From an uncultured delta proteobacterium (lineage in GTDB: Bacteria; Myxococcota; Myxococcia; SLRQ01): a stretch of DNA of 64,000 bases. The notes under the pieces are model-generated. The model ran no database searches. It was not told the DNA's origin and was given only the letters and a program-made list of their open reading frames with translations. The translations under genes and the position numbers were made by a program. Location: NCBI GenBank assembly GCA_963727485.1, contig CAVSGM010000003.1, positions 726,636 to 790,635 of the forward strand. The letters are read 5' to 3'. Of the stretch, positions 1 to 10,728 are shown one piece after another (the first letter of the stretch is position 1; each line of letters begins with the position of its first letter).

Positions 1-402
1 ATTCCAGACCTCCGAAACATACTTCTTCAAGAGAGGGCGGCGTTGGCAGGGGAACTCGCCAACTACCCAGCCGGGCCGCACGTGGCGATCAGCTACTGTG
101 TAGGCGTGGAGATCACGGGCAGCGCGTCATTCCGCACGACAGCCGGTACCTACTCGAGATGCGGCCCTTCGGGGAGGTCCGGAGCCGGTTCTTCCGTGTC
201 TGGAAGCTGTCTTTGGGCCGCGCAGTATGTGAAGCGAGTTCGGCATAGAAGCCGACGAGAAGTGACAGCGCAGGTGGCACCACGCGGCCTTCACAGACTG
301 GTCGCTGCGGTTGCGCGACTCGTGTCTGCGTACGCGCCGGATGGGCGGACTGCACCGGGTGAATGCGTGGCCCGCGTACGACTCCTGGTGCAGAGGATGC
401 TA

Positions 403-1552
403 GTGTCCCGTTTGTGTAGTGCTGTTGACGGCCGGGTGCGAGTATGATCTACGATGCCGATGGCATCCAAACACCGCATCGAGTTGACTGACAGTGATCG
501 CAGCGAGCTGGAGGGCTGGCTGCGTACAACGACGATCAGCAAGGGCCTCGCGGACCGCGCCCGGATGATCCTCTTGGCCGCAGACGGGTTGTCCGTGCGG
601 AAGACTGCGGAGCGGATCGGCGTATCGTCGATGAGCGTCTTCCGGTGGCGGAAGCGCTTTGCCGCCGAAGGCATCGCGGGCCTGAAGGACCGCCCGCGCT
701 CTGGGCAGCCGCGCAAGATGACACCGGCCAAGGCCAAGGAGATCCTGCGGCTCACCACCGAGCGGATCCCCAAGGAGGCGACGCACTGGAGCCTTCGGCT
801 GATGGCCAAGTACGCCGGAGTGACGGTCCACCAGGTCCGGCAGGTGTGGATGGCCGCCGACCTTCGACCTCACCGCCTCAAGACCTTCAAGATCAGCAAG
901 GACCCCCGCTTCGCCGAGAAGGTCGTGGACGTCGTCGGGCTCTACCTCCACCCGCCGGCCAACGCCGTGGTGCTCTCGGTGGACGAGAAGACGCAGATCC
1001 AGGCCCTCGACCGCACCCAGCCGATGCTCCCGTTGCGGCCGGGCCAGGTGGAGCGGCGGACCCACGACTACGAGCGCCACGGGACGGCAAGCCTCTACGC
1101 CGCTTTCGACATCGCGTCGGGCAAGGTGCTCGGACGGGTGACTCACCGACATCGGGCCAAGGAGTTCCTGGCGTTTCTTCGCCAGATTGACAAGGCCGTG
1201 CCGGAGTGGCTCGACCTGCATCTCATCCTCGACAACTCGAGCACGCATACCACGCCGGAGGTTGAGGCGTTCCTCGAGAAGCATCCTCGGTTCGAGCTTC
1301 ACTTCACGCCCACCAGCGCGTCGTGGCTCAACGCGGTCGAGGGGTGGTTCTCGTTGCTGGAGCGCCGGTCGGTTCGGCGAAACTCGTTCACGAGTGTGGA
1401 GGCACTCCGGCAGGAGCTCCGTCGTTTCATCGCCGCCCACAACGCCGAGTCGGCCAAGCCCTTCATCTGGACGAAGTCTGCTGAAGCGATCATCGGATCG
1501 GTCAACCGCGCAAAGGCTCGCGCGACGGAACAGAACTAACCAAACGGGACAC
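403..1552 (+). mobile_element. Complete IS630-family insertion sequence
   Basis: Perfect terminal inverted repeats tagtgtcccgtttg (401-414) and caaacgggacacta (1541-1554), including the flanking TA (401-402, 1553-1554) in a CTAG context; encloses a transposase. Confidence 0.95.
454..1539 (+). CDS. IS630-family DDE transposase
   Basis: N-terminal HTH; DEKTQIQ, RTHDYERHGT, ILDNSSTH and SWLNAVE motifs typical of IS630. Confidence 0.95.
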   Translation: MPMASKHRIELTDSDRSELEGWLRTTTISKGLADRARMILLAADGLSVRKTAERIGVSSMSVFRWRKRFAAEGIAGLKDRPRSGQPRKMTPAKAKEILRLTTERIPKEATHWSLRLMAKYAGVTVHQVRQVWMAADLRPHRLKTFKISKDPRFAEKVVDVVGLYLHPPANAVVLSVDEKTQIQALDRTQPMLPLRPGQVERRTHDYERHGTASLYAAFDIASGKVLGRVTHRHRAKEFLAFLRQIDKAVPEWLDLHLILDNSSTHTTPEVEAFLEKHPRFELHFTPTSASWLNAVEGWFSLLERRSVRRNSFTSVEALRQELRRFIAAHNAESAKPFIWTKSAEAIIGSVNRAKARATEQN

Positions 1553-1610
1553 TAGTCGCCCGCAACAGTCGTGATTGAGCGCCCCGCGGCGGCCAGCCCC
1601 GTTGCCTCAA

Positions 1611-1822
1611 GGTGGCGCCGCCATGGGGCCGGATCTACACGGGTGCTCGCAGGGGGCCACACGATGAGGCTCTTCGCGATGCCGGCGCTCGGCCTCGCCG
1701 CCACCGCGGCCGCCCCGATGCCGTCGCCAACCCATTCCTCGCCCCCGCCCGCCTGGGCGCTGAGCATCGAAGCCCAACACCACGCCTGGGTTCGGATCGC
1801 CGGAGTCGCCCCCCTGGCGTAG
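1611..1822 (+). pseudogene. Truncated lipocalin 5' remnant (upstream region plus signal peptide)
   Basis: MRLFAMPALGLA at 1664 and its upstream DNA resemble the starts of the lipocalins at 9275 and 14214; similarity ends after the signal peptide. Confidence 0.65.
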
Positions 1823-1823
1823 A

Positions 1824-3001
1824 GTGCTCCCCGTGCTCACGACCCTCGCCATCGCGGGCTACCGCTCCCTGGTGGACCTCCGGGTCGGCCTCGCGGGGCC
1901 TCAACGTGGTCACCGGGCCCAACGGCAGCGGCAAGTCGAACCTCCACCGGGCGCTGCGGCTGCTCGCCGACACCGCCGAGGGGCGCCTCATCCCCGCCCT
2001 GGCGCGCGAGGGCGGGATCCCGTCGGTGGCCTGGGCGGGGCCCCAGGAGGCCACCCGGCGCTTCGAGACCGGGGAGCTGGCCATCACCGACCACGTCCAG
2101 GACGCCCACGCGCCCCTGCGCCTGCGCCTCGGCTTCGCCGACGAGGACCTGGGCTACGCCATCGTCCTGGGCCGGCCGGTGCCCGTGCCCGATCCCTTTT
2201 CGACCAGGACCCGGAGATCAAGCGCGAGGTGATCTTCGCCGGGCCCGCGTGGACCCGCGCCCGCGCCCTGGTCGACCGCGCCGGCTCCGTGGTTAAGGTG
2301 GCCAGGGCCGCAGCTGGAAGGTCATCGCCCAGGACGTGCCGCCGTACCAGGGGCTCTTCGACCTCGGCGCCGATCCGGCCCTGGCCCCCGAGGTCGTCCG
2401 CCTCCGGGAGCGCATCCGCGGCTGGCGCTTCTACGACCACCTGCGCACCGACGACGACGCCCCGGCCCGGAGCCCCCAGGTGGCCACCCGCACCCCCGTC
2501 CTCGCCGCCGACGGCGCCGACCTGGCCTCGGCCCTCCAGACCATCCTCGAGATCGGCGACGGGCAGGCGCTCGAGGCCGCCATCGCCGACGCCTTCCCCG
2601 GGTCGGGCCTGGAGATCGGCAGGCCCGCCGAGGGGCGCCTCGGCGTCGGCCTGCGCCAGGACGGCCTCCTGCGCACCCTCGACGCCGCCGAGCTCTCCGA
2701 CGGCACCCTGCGCTACCTGCTCCTGGTCGCGGCGCTGCTCACGCCCCGGCCCCCGCCGCTGATGGTCCTCAACGAGCCGGAGACCAGCCTCCACCCGGCG
2801 CTCCTCCCGGCGCTGGGTCGCCTCCTCGCCGCCGCCGCGACGCAGGGCCAGGTCTGGGTGGTGACCCACGCCCAGGCCCTGGCCGCGGCGCTCGCCGGGT
2901 CCGAGGGGCACCAGGCCATCGCCCTGGAGAAGCACCAGGGCGCCACGCGCATCGCCGGCCAGGGGCTCCTCGACAGCCCGAGCTGGCACTGGCCGGAGTA
3001 A
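1824..3001 (+). CDS. AAA_21/RecF-like ABC-type ATPase, frameshifted in assembly
   Basis: LAIAGYRSL start, Walker A GPNGSGKS, signature LSDGT, Walker B-like LNEPETSLHP, H-loop VTH spread over three frames. Confidence 0.85.
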
Positions 3002-3004
3002 GGG

Positions 3005-3433
3005 ATGCTGGTCGAACAGGTCGAAAGGAAGCTCACGAAGCGGGCGGAGAAGTCGGGCCTCGTCTTCTCCCTTGGCACATCCGTCGAGGCGAGCCAGCTC
3101 CGAAGTGTCGAATCAGCTCTGGGGTTGTCGCTTCCAGCCCAGGTGGAATCATTCTACCGAGCACATGACGGTCTGACCGTGGAAGAGCCAGCGCTGGTCG
3201 TCTTCCGAACGCAAGACCTGAAGCGAAGAGGCGACCTGCTTCGTTTCGCTACCTTCGATGGCGAGCATCACGTGGCGTTCGACGTGGGTCACACCAACGA
3301 GGCGGGCCAGTGGGACATCGTCTGCGAAGAGACGGGTGACACGATCACCCTCACCATGGCGAGCTTCTTGGCCAACAAGATTCGGCACTGGATTGACCAC
3401 CGAAGACGTGTCTGGCTCAACGAAGTATTCTGA
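3005..3433 (+). CDS. SMI1/KNR4 (SUKH)-like immunity protein
   Basis: VESALGLSLPAQVESFYRAHDG pattern typical of SMI1/KNR4. Confidence 0.7.
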   Translation: MLVEQVERKLTKRAEKSGLVFSLGTSVEASQLRSVESALGLSLPAQVESFYRAHDGLTVEEPALVVFRTQDLKRRGDLLRFATFDGEHHVAFDVGHTNEAGQWDIVCEETGDTITLTMASFLANKIRHWIDHRRRVWLNEVF

Positions 3434-3439
3434 CCAGGG

Positions 3440-4039
3440 ATGGCCAACACCCCCGAACCCGACACCCACTGCCCGGTCTGCGGCTACGAGCTGGGTCTGC
3501 CCGCCTGGGAGGGTCACCGGCCGTCGTGGGAGACCTGCCCGGCGTGCGGGACCACCTTCGGCCTGGACGACGACGTCTCCGAGAACCCCGCGGTCCGGGC
3601 GCAGTTCTACTCGCTCTTGCGCTCTCGCTGGGTCGCCGAGGGCACGCCTTGGTCGAGCAACACCCGGCGGCCGCTCCCTCGCGCGACTCTGCTCGCCAAT
3701 CTTCAGGCCCGGGATCCCGCCGGCGTTTGGAGGGACCGGGCGCGCTTCCTCGACACCGCACGGGCCTTCCTCGACGGCGAGCTGACCGTGCCCGCAGCGA
3801 TGGGCGTGCTCACCCCTTTGAGATTCCACGCCGGGGAGACAGGGCTCCTGTCCCGCGAGTTGCTGCTGGCGCTCACCGCCGTCGAGTCCGAGCTCGACGA
3901 GTTCGGCTTCATGCCCCTCGACCGCGTGTTCGCCCGGGACGGCATCGCCTCGAACAGGAAAGCCCTGGCCGTGCACCAGGACCTGGAGGCGGCCTGCCGC
4001 CGGATCCTCGCCGAGCTGGAGCCGGACGCCACCGACTGA
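3440..4039 (+). CDS. Cys-rich CPCC-like zinc-binding protein
   Basis: CPVCGY...SWETCPACGTTFGLDD. Confidence 0.6.
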   Translation: MANTPEPDTHCPVCGYELGLPAWEGHRPSWETCPACGTTFGLDDDVSENPAVRAQFYSLLRSRWVAEGTPWSSNTRRPLPRATLLANLQARDPAGVWRDRARFLDTARAFLDGELTVPAAMGVLTPLRFHAGETGLLSRELLLALTAVESELDEFGFMPLDRVFARDGIASNRKALAVHQDLEAACRRILAELEPDATD

Positions 4040-4176
4040 CGAGCCTTGCCGACGCCGGTGGCCGACCCGGTGCGCCGTCTCGGACGCTTTGACGGGCGGC
4101 CTCGCGACCCACTAGGATCATTCCCTAGAGACTGGTCCTTGCTGAATCCCGGACGACCTACGAGGGGACGTGTTGG

Positions 4177-4689
4177 ATGGCTTGCGGCGCTGGTGGCCGG
4201 GGTGACGGTCGGCGGATGCCAGTGCCAGGCTGTTGTACCGACGGCCCCGCCTGGCGAGGTCTACATCCCCGGATCGACCCTTGAGATGGGGCATGCGCCG
4301 ACATCCGGAACCCAGTGCCCTGGCCAGCAGCGCGGCCCCGGCCAACTCGGACAAGTGGATGCGCACGGTGGGCACGGACTCGCGCGACGTCTCGGCCGAG
4401 GGCGTCCACGATCTCTACGGCAATCCGTTCGAACTCGTGGCCAATCTCTACGTGGGCGACCTCTACGCGCACAAGCTCGCAGGACAACCCTACCAGGCCA
4501 AAGGCCTCCGACCTCCCGACGGGCGTCGTTCCCAGCGCTGACCACGTTGTCCGCGGCAACTGCGACGGCACGTTGTGGCCGGACTTCGACTATGCCCACA
4601 AGGGTTGCCCGGTCTGGTTCCGCACGTACGACTCGGGCGTGGCCGGCCAGGGACTCATCGACGGCCCGAGGTGGCACTGGCCCGAGTGA
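4177..4689 (+). pseudogene. Fragmented FGE/sulfatase-modifying-factor-like lipoprotein remnant, ending in a copy of the ATPase C-terminus
   Basis: EVYIPGSTLEMG, DVSAEGVHDLYGNPFE and HVVRG segments in different frames. Confidence 0.5.
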
Positions 4690-4745
4690 GGGCGTGAAGC
4701 AGTGCCTTCCCCAAGTCCGTACGAAGAGGCAAGCTTGGTGTTCAC

Positions 4746-5328
4746 ATGAACGAAGAAGAACGAGGCATCTTCGAGCATCTCGAGGAGATGGGGCACCTGG
4801 CGGCGGCGGGTCAATGGGCGTCGCTCGAGCAGAAGTACCTCTCGCTCTGCAGGTCACTGGCAGGCCCAACCCTTGCGGACAGGGTCATGCGCCTGGACTT
4901 CGGCAAGTATGGTGAATCGCTCCGTGCCCCGTACCTCGAGGCCTCGGCCGAGTGCGCCCGGCGCGGCCATCCCGCGTTGTACTTCGAGTACGACCTCGAC
5001 AATGCCTGGGAGGGCGCCTTCTTCGTGTGCTGTTGAGTTCCGTCCCATCGAAGAGGCCGATGAAGACTGGGCCTGTGACTACGAGGCTCACTTCCGCGCT
5101 CCACCATTCGAGGAGGCGTCGGCGCTCTACCTGGAGAATGGGTTTGATCAGACGCCCGAAGCGGTCGGTACCACGCTGCTCTTGATCGCGCGCCCCGTCC
5201 GAGCGGTTCGCGAGCTGGTGCAGGAAGATCCGCCAGGGCTTCGTGCGGTCTGCGTCGCCTTTCACGACCAGGATCCCCTTGTGCGTGTCTTCGAAGACCC
5301 GAGCGCAACCGCGTTGCACTCCGCGTGA
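4746..5328 (+). CDS. Hypothetical acidic protein, possibly immunity-like, frameshift near 5030
   Basis: Two overlapping coding-like frames (ALYFEYDLDNAW / DEDWACDY...VAFHDQD). Confidence 0.5.
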
Positions 5329-5374
5329 CGGGTTGAAGCAGCCGGCAAGGGCGCCTCGGCGGCCCGAGCTGGCA

Positions 5375-5860
5375 CTAGCGCGCCGGGTCCCGACCGCGGA
5401 GCGCGTCCAGCACCGCTTCCCTCGCCGCCAGCGCCTGCGCGAGGGACCAGAAGCGACCCGCGGGCTCATAGAAGCCGTCGCCAGCGAAAACCAGGTGATG
5501 AGGGCCTGGCCCGGCTTCGACGTAGAGACCCCGAATCGCCGCCAGCAGGGAGTACCGCTCCCGGGTCGGGCGGCGAGCCCAGGCGAAGCGCAGTCTCCCG
5601 GAGTCACCGGTGACGAGGATGCGGGCCTGTACGAGACCGTCGGATGCACCGCACCAGGAGGAGCCCGAGAGCGAGGCCGATTAACAGTCGCAGCGGCTGG
5701 GGCTCGAGCTCGGACCAGACCGCGGACCCTGGCAGACCGGCCCAGGCGCCCAGGGCCATCCCGCCCGCGGCAGCTACGCCCAGCATCCCCAGCACCACGC
5801 CGGCCACCTGGAGGTACGGTCGGTTGCCCACGCTCGCCTCCCGGATCTCCACGCCACCGT
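5375..5860 (-). CDS. Hypothetical membrane protein, frameshifted
   Basis: Two hydrophobic segments in ORF 5604..6026, with a coding-like continuation ending ...LRGRDPAR* at 5375. Confidence 0.35.
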
Positions 5861-5925
5861 CGGGGACCCAGCAATCGGCACCGGCTCCACCAGACGGGCC
5901 GACCCGCTCGTCCGCACGTTCCCGG

Positions 5926-6399
5926 CTACCAGGCGGGCCGTGAGCGGTGTCTCCAGGTCGCCGGCAGCGCGAACGTCGTCGCCGGAGAGGTCCCGCCAGA
6001 CCAGGGACCAGCCGCCGAGACGACAAAGCCCCTCGGCGAAGGTTCGCACCCGTGTCGGCGACGAAGTACCCGGAGGACCAAGTGCCGGGTCAATCCGGGC
6101 GCCACGAAATCGACGGCGTAGGCCGGACCGGCCACCCCGAGGTGACGTCGACCGCAGCGCGAGACCACCACGCACCCCTCTTCTACAGCCAGCGGTCCGG
6201 CACGGGTGCCCAAGATGACTCCGCCCTCACGCCGCAGCTCGAGGGCCCTCGGCCGTCCCGTGACCTGCGGTGCCAGGATGAGGAGCATGAGCAGAGGGGT
6301 CGACGGCAAGAGCGTCAGGTAGCCCAGCCCGAAGTGGAGGGAGACGGCTACTGTCGCGGCGAGGGCGACCAGTGCCCCGCCGATGACGACCCAGCGCAT
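5926..6399 (-). CDS. Hypothetical membrane protein
   Basis: MRWVVIGGALVALAA start and two hydrophobic helices; 3' end uncertain. Confidence 0.4.
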   Translation of the reverse strand: MRWVVIGGALVALAATVAVSLHFGLGYLTLLPSTPLLMLLILAPQVTGRPRALELRREGGVILGTRAGPLAVEEGCVVVSRCGRRHLGVAGPAYAVDFVAPGLTRHLVLRVLRRRHGCEPSPRGFVVSAAGPWSGGTSPATTFALPATWRHRSRPAW

Positions 6400-6639
6400 T
6401 CCGGGTCCACACCGGGGATAGGGGTCGGGTACCCGAAGCCTGGACGGGGTATGCGGGAGGGACTTCGTCCAGATATGGACGGGCGCAGCCATACCCAGAT
6501 GAAGCTGCGCCCCCCGCGTTCTGACGCCTTCAGCCCCTCAGGCCGCCGAGCCCCATGGCGCACAATCGGGGCCCTGCCCAACCTTCTCCGAGCCGCTGGA
6601 CGCGGACGCCGCGCGGCTGGTGCCGGGCAAGCCCAGTTG

Positions 6640-7286
6640 CTACCCGCCGCCATGCGCCTGGGCGAGCGCTCGCAGCCGACCCACGGCGCCGTCGACGACC
6701 GCGCGGACCTTGGCATCGATCTCCTGGACCTTCGGCGGGGGACCGCTCGGGTCCCAATCTCCCCCGGCCTCCAGACCGGGTCGTCGTCGGGGGGCAGCAC
6801 AATCCCGGGCACCTTGATCGCGGCTCGCTGAAGGGGCTGGAGGCAGGCGCAAATCTGGATCAGCAGCCGGGTCCGGGCCGGGTCGTCGCCAGTGCCCAAA
6901 TCCTCCCCGGGATCCGAGCGGTCCCGCAGCAGCGGGTTCGGGAACCGCGCCACCTCTGGCTCCAGGGCCTCGAGCTGGCGCATCGCCTCCGCGACGTCCT
7001 CCTGGGCCGCGGCAATCCGCTCGGACCAGGGGCGTGCCGCCCAGTCCACCTGGGCCTCGAGCGCCGACAGCCGGGCGCGTCCCTGACCTCCCTCGTACCC
7101 GCAGCTCCGGCACACGTAGACATCCGGGCCCAGGACCTCCAAATCGGTGCTGTCGCAGCTCGCGCATCGGGGCCGGGCGTCCTCGGCGGGGTCGTTCAGC
7201 TCGTTGTCGTAGGGCTTGCGGGTGGAGATGAACCAGACGAAGCCCACCAGGGCCAGGGTTCCGGCCGCGAGGAGCCAGGCCATCAC
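6640..7286 (-). CDS. Membrane-anchored zinc-ribbon protein, frameshifted near the 3' end
   Basis: N-terminal TM helix then CASC...CRSC; start overlaps the HNH stop. Confidence 0.5.
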
Positions 7287-7892
7287 GCGCCTCCGGGTTC
7301 CGTGGAGGCGGCGCCAGCCGCAGGTGGACCTCCGGCGACCGCCGTCTCCGCCGCGCGCCGCCAGCGTCGCAGGTACGCCGAGGCCAAGGCCTCCGGGTGC
7401 GCGTCAGTGTAGGCCAGGAACCAGCCGAGGAGGCCGTCCCAGTCATCCAGGGAGCCCGCCGGGTGCAGCTCCCAGCCGAGCTCCGCGAGGGTCCAATGCG
7501 CCTTCGCGGAGTTCCGGAGCTGCGAGGTCGAGACCATGTTCGACTCGTCGTCGGCGCCGCCGCGCGCCACGGGCACCACGTGGTCGATGGTGGGAAAGAG
7601 CTCCCAGTACATGACGTGCGTCTCCGACACCTTCCAGTTGGGATGAAACGGGAAGGCCTCTGGAAGCAGGTCCGAGAGGAGCCGCAGCGTGCCGGGAAAC
7701 ACCAGGCGTTCGCCCGAGTACCGGTCGACGAAGCCGTCGCGCCGGAACACGCGCATCATCGTGGCCTCGGCGTAGTGCCGCCCCGCGTTCTGCGGCGGCG
7801 CGAAGGGGTAGTCGGTGCGGGCGATGCGGTGGCGTCATCGCGGTCGCCCTCGGTCAGCGCCCGGCAGACCGGTCGAGTGCGTCCCAGCTCAT
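7283..7892 (-). CDS. HNH endonuclease, 5' part frameshifted
   Basis: VFRRDGF...TIDHVVPVARGGADDESNMV...RNSAK. Confidence 0.8.
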
Positions 7893-7957
7893 GTCGATGG
7901 TGGTTCTCCCATCGAACAACCTTCGTCAAGGACCGCGGTCGCCTGCCGGCCCGGTGC

Positions 7958-8566
7958 CTACTGCGTCTGCCGGAACCGGTAGTTGCGGACGACGATCGCC
8001 GGGATCGGCTGTCCCTTGTTGAGCGCCGGGTGGAACCGGCAGCGGCGCAGGGCGGCGCGCACCGCGTCGTCGAACACCGGGTTGGTGGACCGCCTGATCC
8101 GGATGTCCGTGACCTGGCCCGACCGGGTGACCGTGTACTCGGCGATCACCGTGCCGTGGAGCGCCTTGCGGCGGAGGCTGCGCCCCGTCGACCTCGGGCG
8201 CGTCAGCGGGGCCTGCGCCAGTGCTCCCGCGGACTGGCTTCCGACGCCGGACCGGGCGACGCCTCGGAGCTGGCCGGGGGCTCGACGGACACCGGACCGG
8301 CCGGTGGGCTGACGCCGCGGTCCCTGGTGCCGGCGGCGCCCCGAGACGTCCGGGCCGTTCGCCGGCGCCACCGGGGCGCCCCTCGTCGAGCCACGCCGGT
8401 GGTGCGGGCACGCCGAGGGGTGCCGACCGTCGCCGGCGCCCAGGGGTGGGCTGGCGCTGGTCGCACCGTCGTCGGCGGCTCGTGGTCCCAGGATAGCGCT
8501 GCGGCCTGCCGTGCCGGGCGCGCACTCCCCCGGACCCGCGGAAGACCCTCGTCCGCGGGCTCCCAC
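7958..8566 (-). CDS. TonB C-terminal domain protein, start uncertain
   Basis: GTVIAEYTVTRSGQV...FDDAVRAALRRCRFHPA...GQP. Confidence 0.65.
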   Translation of the reverse strand: MGARGRGSSAGPGECAPGTAGRSAILGPRAADDGATSASPPLGAGDGRHPSACPHHRRGSTRGAPVAPANGPDVSGRRRHQGPRRQPTGRSGVRRAPGQLRGVARSGVGSQSAGALAQAPLTRPRSTGRSLRRKALHGTVIAEYTVTRSGQVTDIRIRRSTNPVFDDAVRAALRRCRFHPALNKGQPIPAIVVRNYRFRQTQ

Positions 8567-8745
8567 CCACCTCCCGGCCGCCGCTGGCCACGCACATCCG
8601 GTAGCGCCGCATCCGGTGAGCCGTCGGGATGGGGATCAACGTCCGTTGCCCACCTCGCGCGCCTGCCCACCTTGGTGCCGGTCGATTTCTCGGCCGTCTC
8701 AACGGGTGGAGTGAACTCCCACCCCTCCACGGGGGATGAAGTCTG

Positions 8746-9135
8746 ATGCACGTCACCAAGAACGATGTGGAAGTGAAGATGGAGATTCCGGGCGCCGTCA
8801 TCCGTCAGCACACGGATTTCGGCGACGCCACCGGGCTGGGCAAGATCAGCTGCGAGTACTTCTCGCTGGCCGCCGGCGTCGACACCACCCCGCTCTTCGA
8901 GGGGCTCGAGGGCGATCTCTGCCAGTGCCCGCACTGGGGGTTCGTGGTCCGGGGGGAGCTGACCGCCACCGATGCGGCGGGGAAGACGGAGACCGTCAAG
9001 GGCAACGACCTCTTCTACTGGCCCCCGGGGCACAACGTGAAGGTCACGGCGGACGCCGACCTCATCATGTTCAGCCCGCAGCGCGAGCACTCCCAGGTGA
9101 TCGCCCACATGCAGGAGAAGGTGAAGACGCTGTAG
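8746..9135 (+). CDS. Cupin domain protein
   Basis: CQCPHWGFVVRG...GNDLFYWPPGH. Confidence 0.8.
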   Translation: MHVTKNDVEVKMEIPGAVIRQHTDFGDATGLGKISCEYFSLAAGVDTTPLFEGLEGDLCQCPHWGFVVRGELTATDAAGKTETVKGNDLFYWPPGHNVKVTADADLIMFSPQREHSQVIAHMQEKVKTL

Positions 9136-9274
9136 GCAGGCGCATCCCAGCGCGGTCATCCCTCGACGGGCGACGGGCAGGGCTGGCGCCGCCCTGGGGT
9201 CGGGCCAGCTTCGTCGTCCGGGGGTGGCGCCCCCCGGGGCCGCGCCTAGATCAGTGTTCTCGGGGGGACACACG

Positions 9275-9811
9275 ATGAAGCTGCTCGCGATGCTGGCCCT
9301 GGGCCTCGCCACCGGCGCCGGCGCCACCACCGCAAGGGCCCAGGGCGACCCGCCGCCGCTGAAGACCGTGCCCCAGGTCGACCTCTCGCGCTACCTGGGG
9401 ACCTGGTACGAGATCGCCAGCTTCCCCCAGCGCTTCCAGCGCGGCTGCACCGGCACCACCGCCACCTACTCGCTCATGGACAACGGCGACCTCCGGGTGG
9501 TCAACCGCTGCTTCAAGGGCTCCCTCGACGGCAAGCTCTCCGTGGCCCGCGGCCACGCCTGGGTCGTCGACAAGACCACCAACGCCAAGCTCGAGGTGAG
9601 CTTCTTCTGGCCGTTCCACGGCGCCTACTGGATCATCGACCTCGACCCCGACTACCGGTACGCCGTCGTCGGCAACCCGAGCCGCGACTACCTGTGGATC
9701 CTCTCGCGTACGCCGACCATGGATCCCGCGGTCTACGCCGGCATCCTCGAGCGGCTCGAGGCGCAGGGCTTTGACACCAGCCGGCTGGTGCGGACGCTGC
9801 AGAAGCGCTAA
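9275..9811 (+). CDS. blc: Bacterial lipocalin (Blc family), copy 1
   Basis: VDLSRYLGTWYEIA, VSFFWPF, YLWILSRTP. Confidence 0.92.
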   Translation: MKLLAMLALGLATGAGATTARAQGDPPPLKTVPQVDLSRYLGTWYEIASFPQRFQRGCTGTTATYSLMDNGDLRVVNRCFKGSLDGKLSVARGHAWVVDKTTNAKLEVSFFWPFHGAYWIIDLDPDYRYAVVGNPSRDYLWILSRTPTMDPAVYAGILERLEAQGFDTSRLVRTLQKR

Positions 9812-10026
9812 CGGCAGACGCGGTCCCCGTGCCGGCTACTGCGTAACGCACAACGCCGACGGTGCGCACCCTGCTTCGCGGAAGCGGCGTCGACGCGCCT
9901 CGTTGCCTGGCGGATCTGGCGCCAACCTCGCGGAAATCGGCACGCCCGCCAGGCTGGCCCGCCCCTTGCTCCAGGCCTCCTGATCACGGCAAGGACTCGC
10001 CCGGTCAGGGCGGCAAGGAGGACCGG

Positions 10027-10698
10027 ATGCGCGATTGGGTGAGGTGGCGGGTGCCGGGCATGCTTCTCTCCGCACTCGTGGTGTGGGCGCCGGCTGTGGC
10101 GCGGGCCGATGCGGGCGCGAGTCACGGAGACGCGACCAAGGCGGTCGCACCGGCGAAGACGCCCCCGACGATGCTCACGATGTTCCTGGCCTACCAGTGG
10201 GTCACGCCGAGGGGGCGCACCCCGGGTGCCAACGGCTTCGTGGGTGATGTCGGCTACGCGACGTCGGTGGCGGGCACCGGGCTCGTCCTCGGAGGCGGCT
10301 TCCTGGTGGAGGGACGGCAAGCGGTGGGCGCGACGACGACCCACGCCTACTTCGGCCCCGCCCTTCACGTCGGGTGGCAGCTCGACGCCGAGCACGACGT
10401 GCTCCTCGACGCCTCGGTGGCGCCGGTCTTCGGAAGGGTGGGAAGCGCCGGCGGCTGGCGCACCGGGCTCAGCGCCGGCTTCACCGTGGCGGTGCCGATC
10501 ATCAGCGGGAAGATCCTGACGTGGACGTTCGACCAGGGTGGGGGCGGAGAGCACTTGCCCCTCGAGGGCATCCTCTACCTGCCGTTGCTCCTCATCCCCA
10601 ACTCCATCGGGGTGCGCGCCGAGGTCGCGCCCGGGACCACCGGGGTCCGGATGGGGATCGAGCTCGGGTGGTCCATGCCCATCTCGGCCTCGTTGTGA
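10027..10698 (+). CDS. Hypothetical secreted, beta-strand-rich protein
   Basis: AGGAGG RBS, signal peptide ending AVARA, alternating hydrophobic pattern. Confidence 0.55.
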   Translation: MRDWVRWRVPGMLLSALVVWAPAVARADAGASHGDATKAVAPAKTPPTMLTMFLAYQWVTPRGRTPGANGFVGDVGYATSVAGTGLVLGGGFLVEGRQAVGATTTHAYFGPALHVGWQLDAEHDVLLDASVAPVFGRVGSAGGWRTGLSAGFTVAVPIISGKILTWTFDQGGGGEHLPLEGILYLPLLLIPNSIGVRAEVAPGTTGVRMGIELGWSMPISASL

Positions 10699-10728
10699 AC
10701 GATGACTCCGCGGTCCGGCCGACGCGCT

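Noticed and set aside
5028..5036. CC-TGA as another selenocysteine site
   Set aside because: Read-through hits another stop within a few codons; the coding-like continuation is in a different frame, so this is an indel
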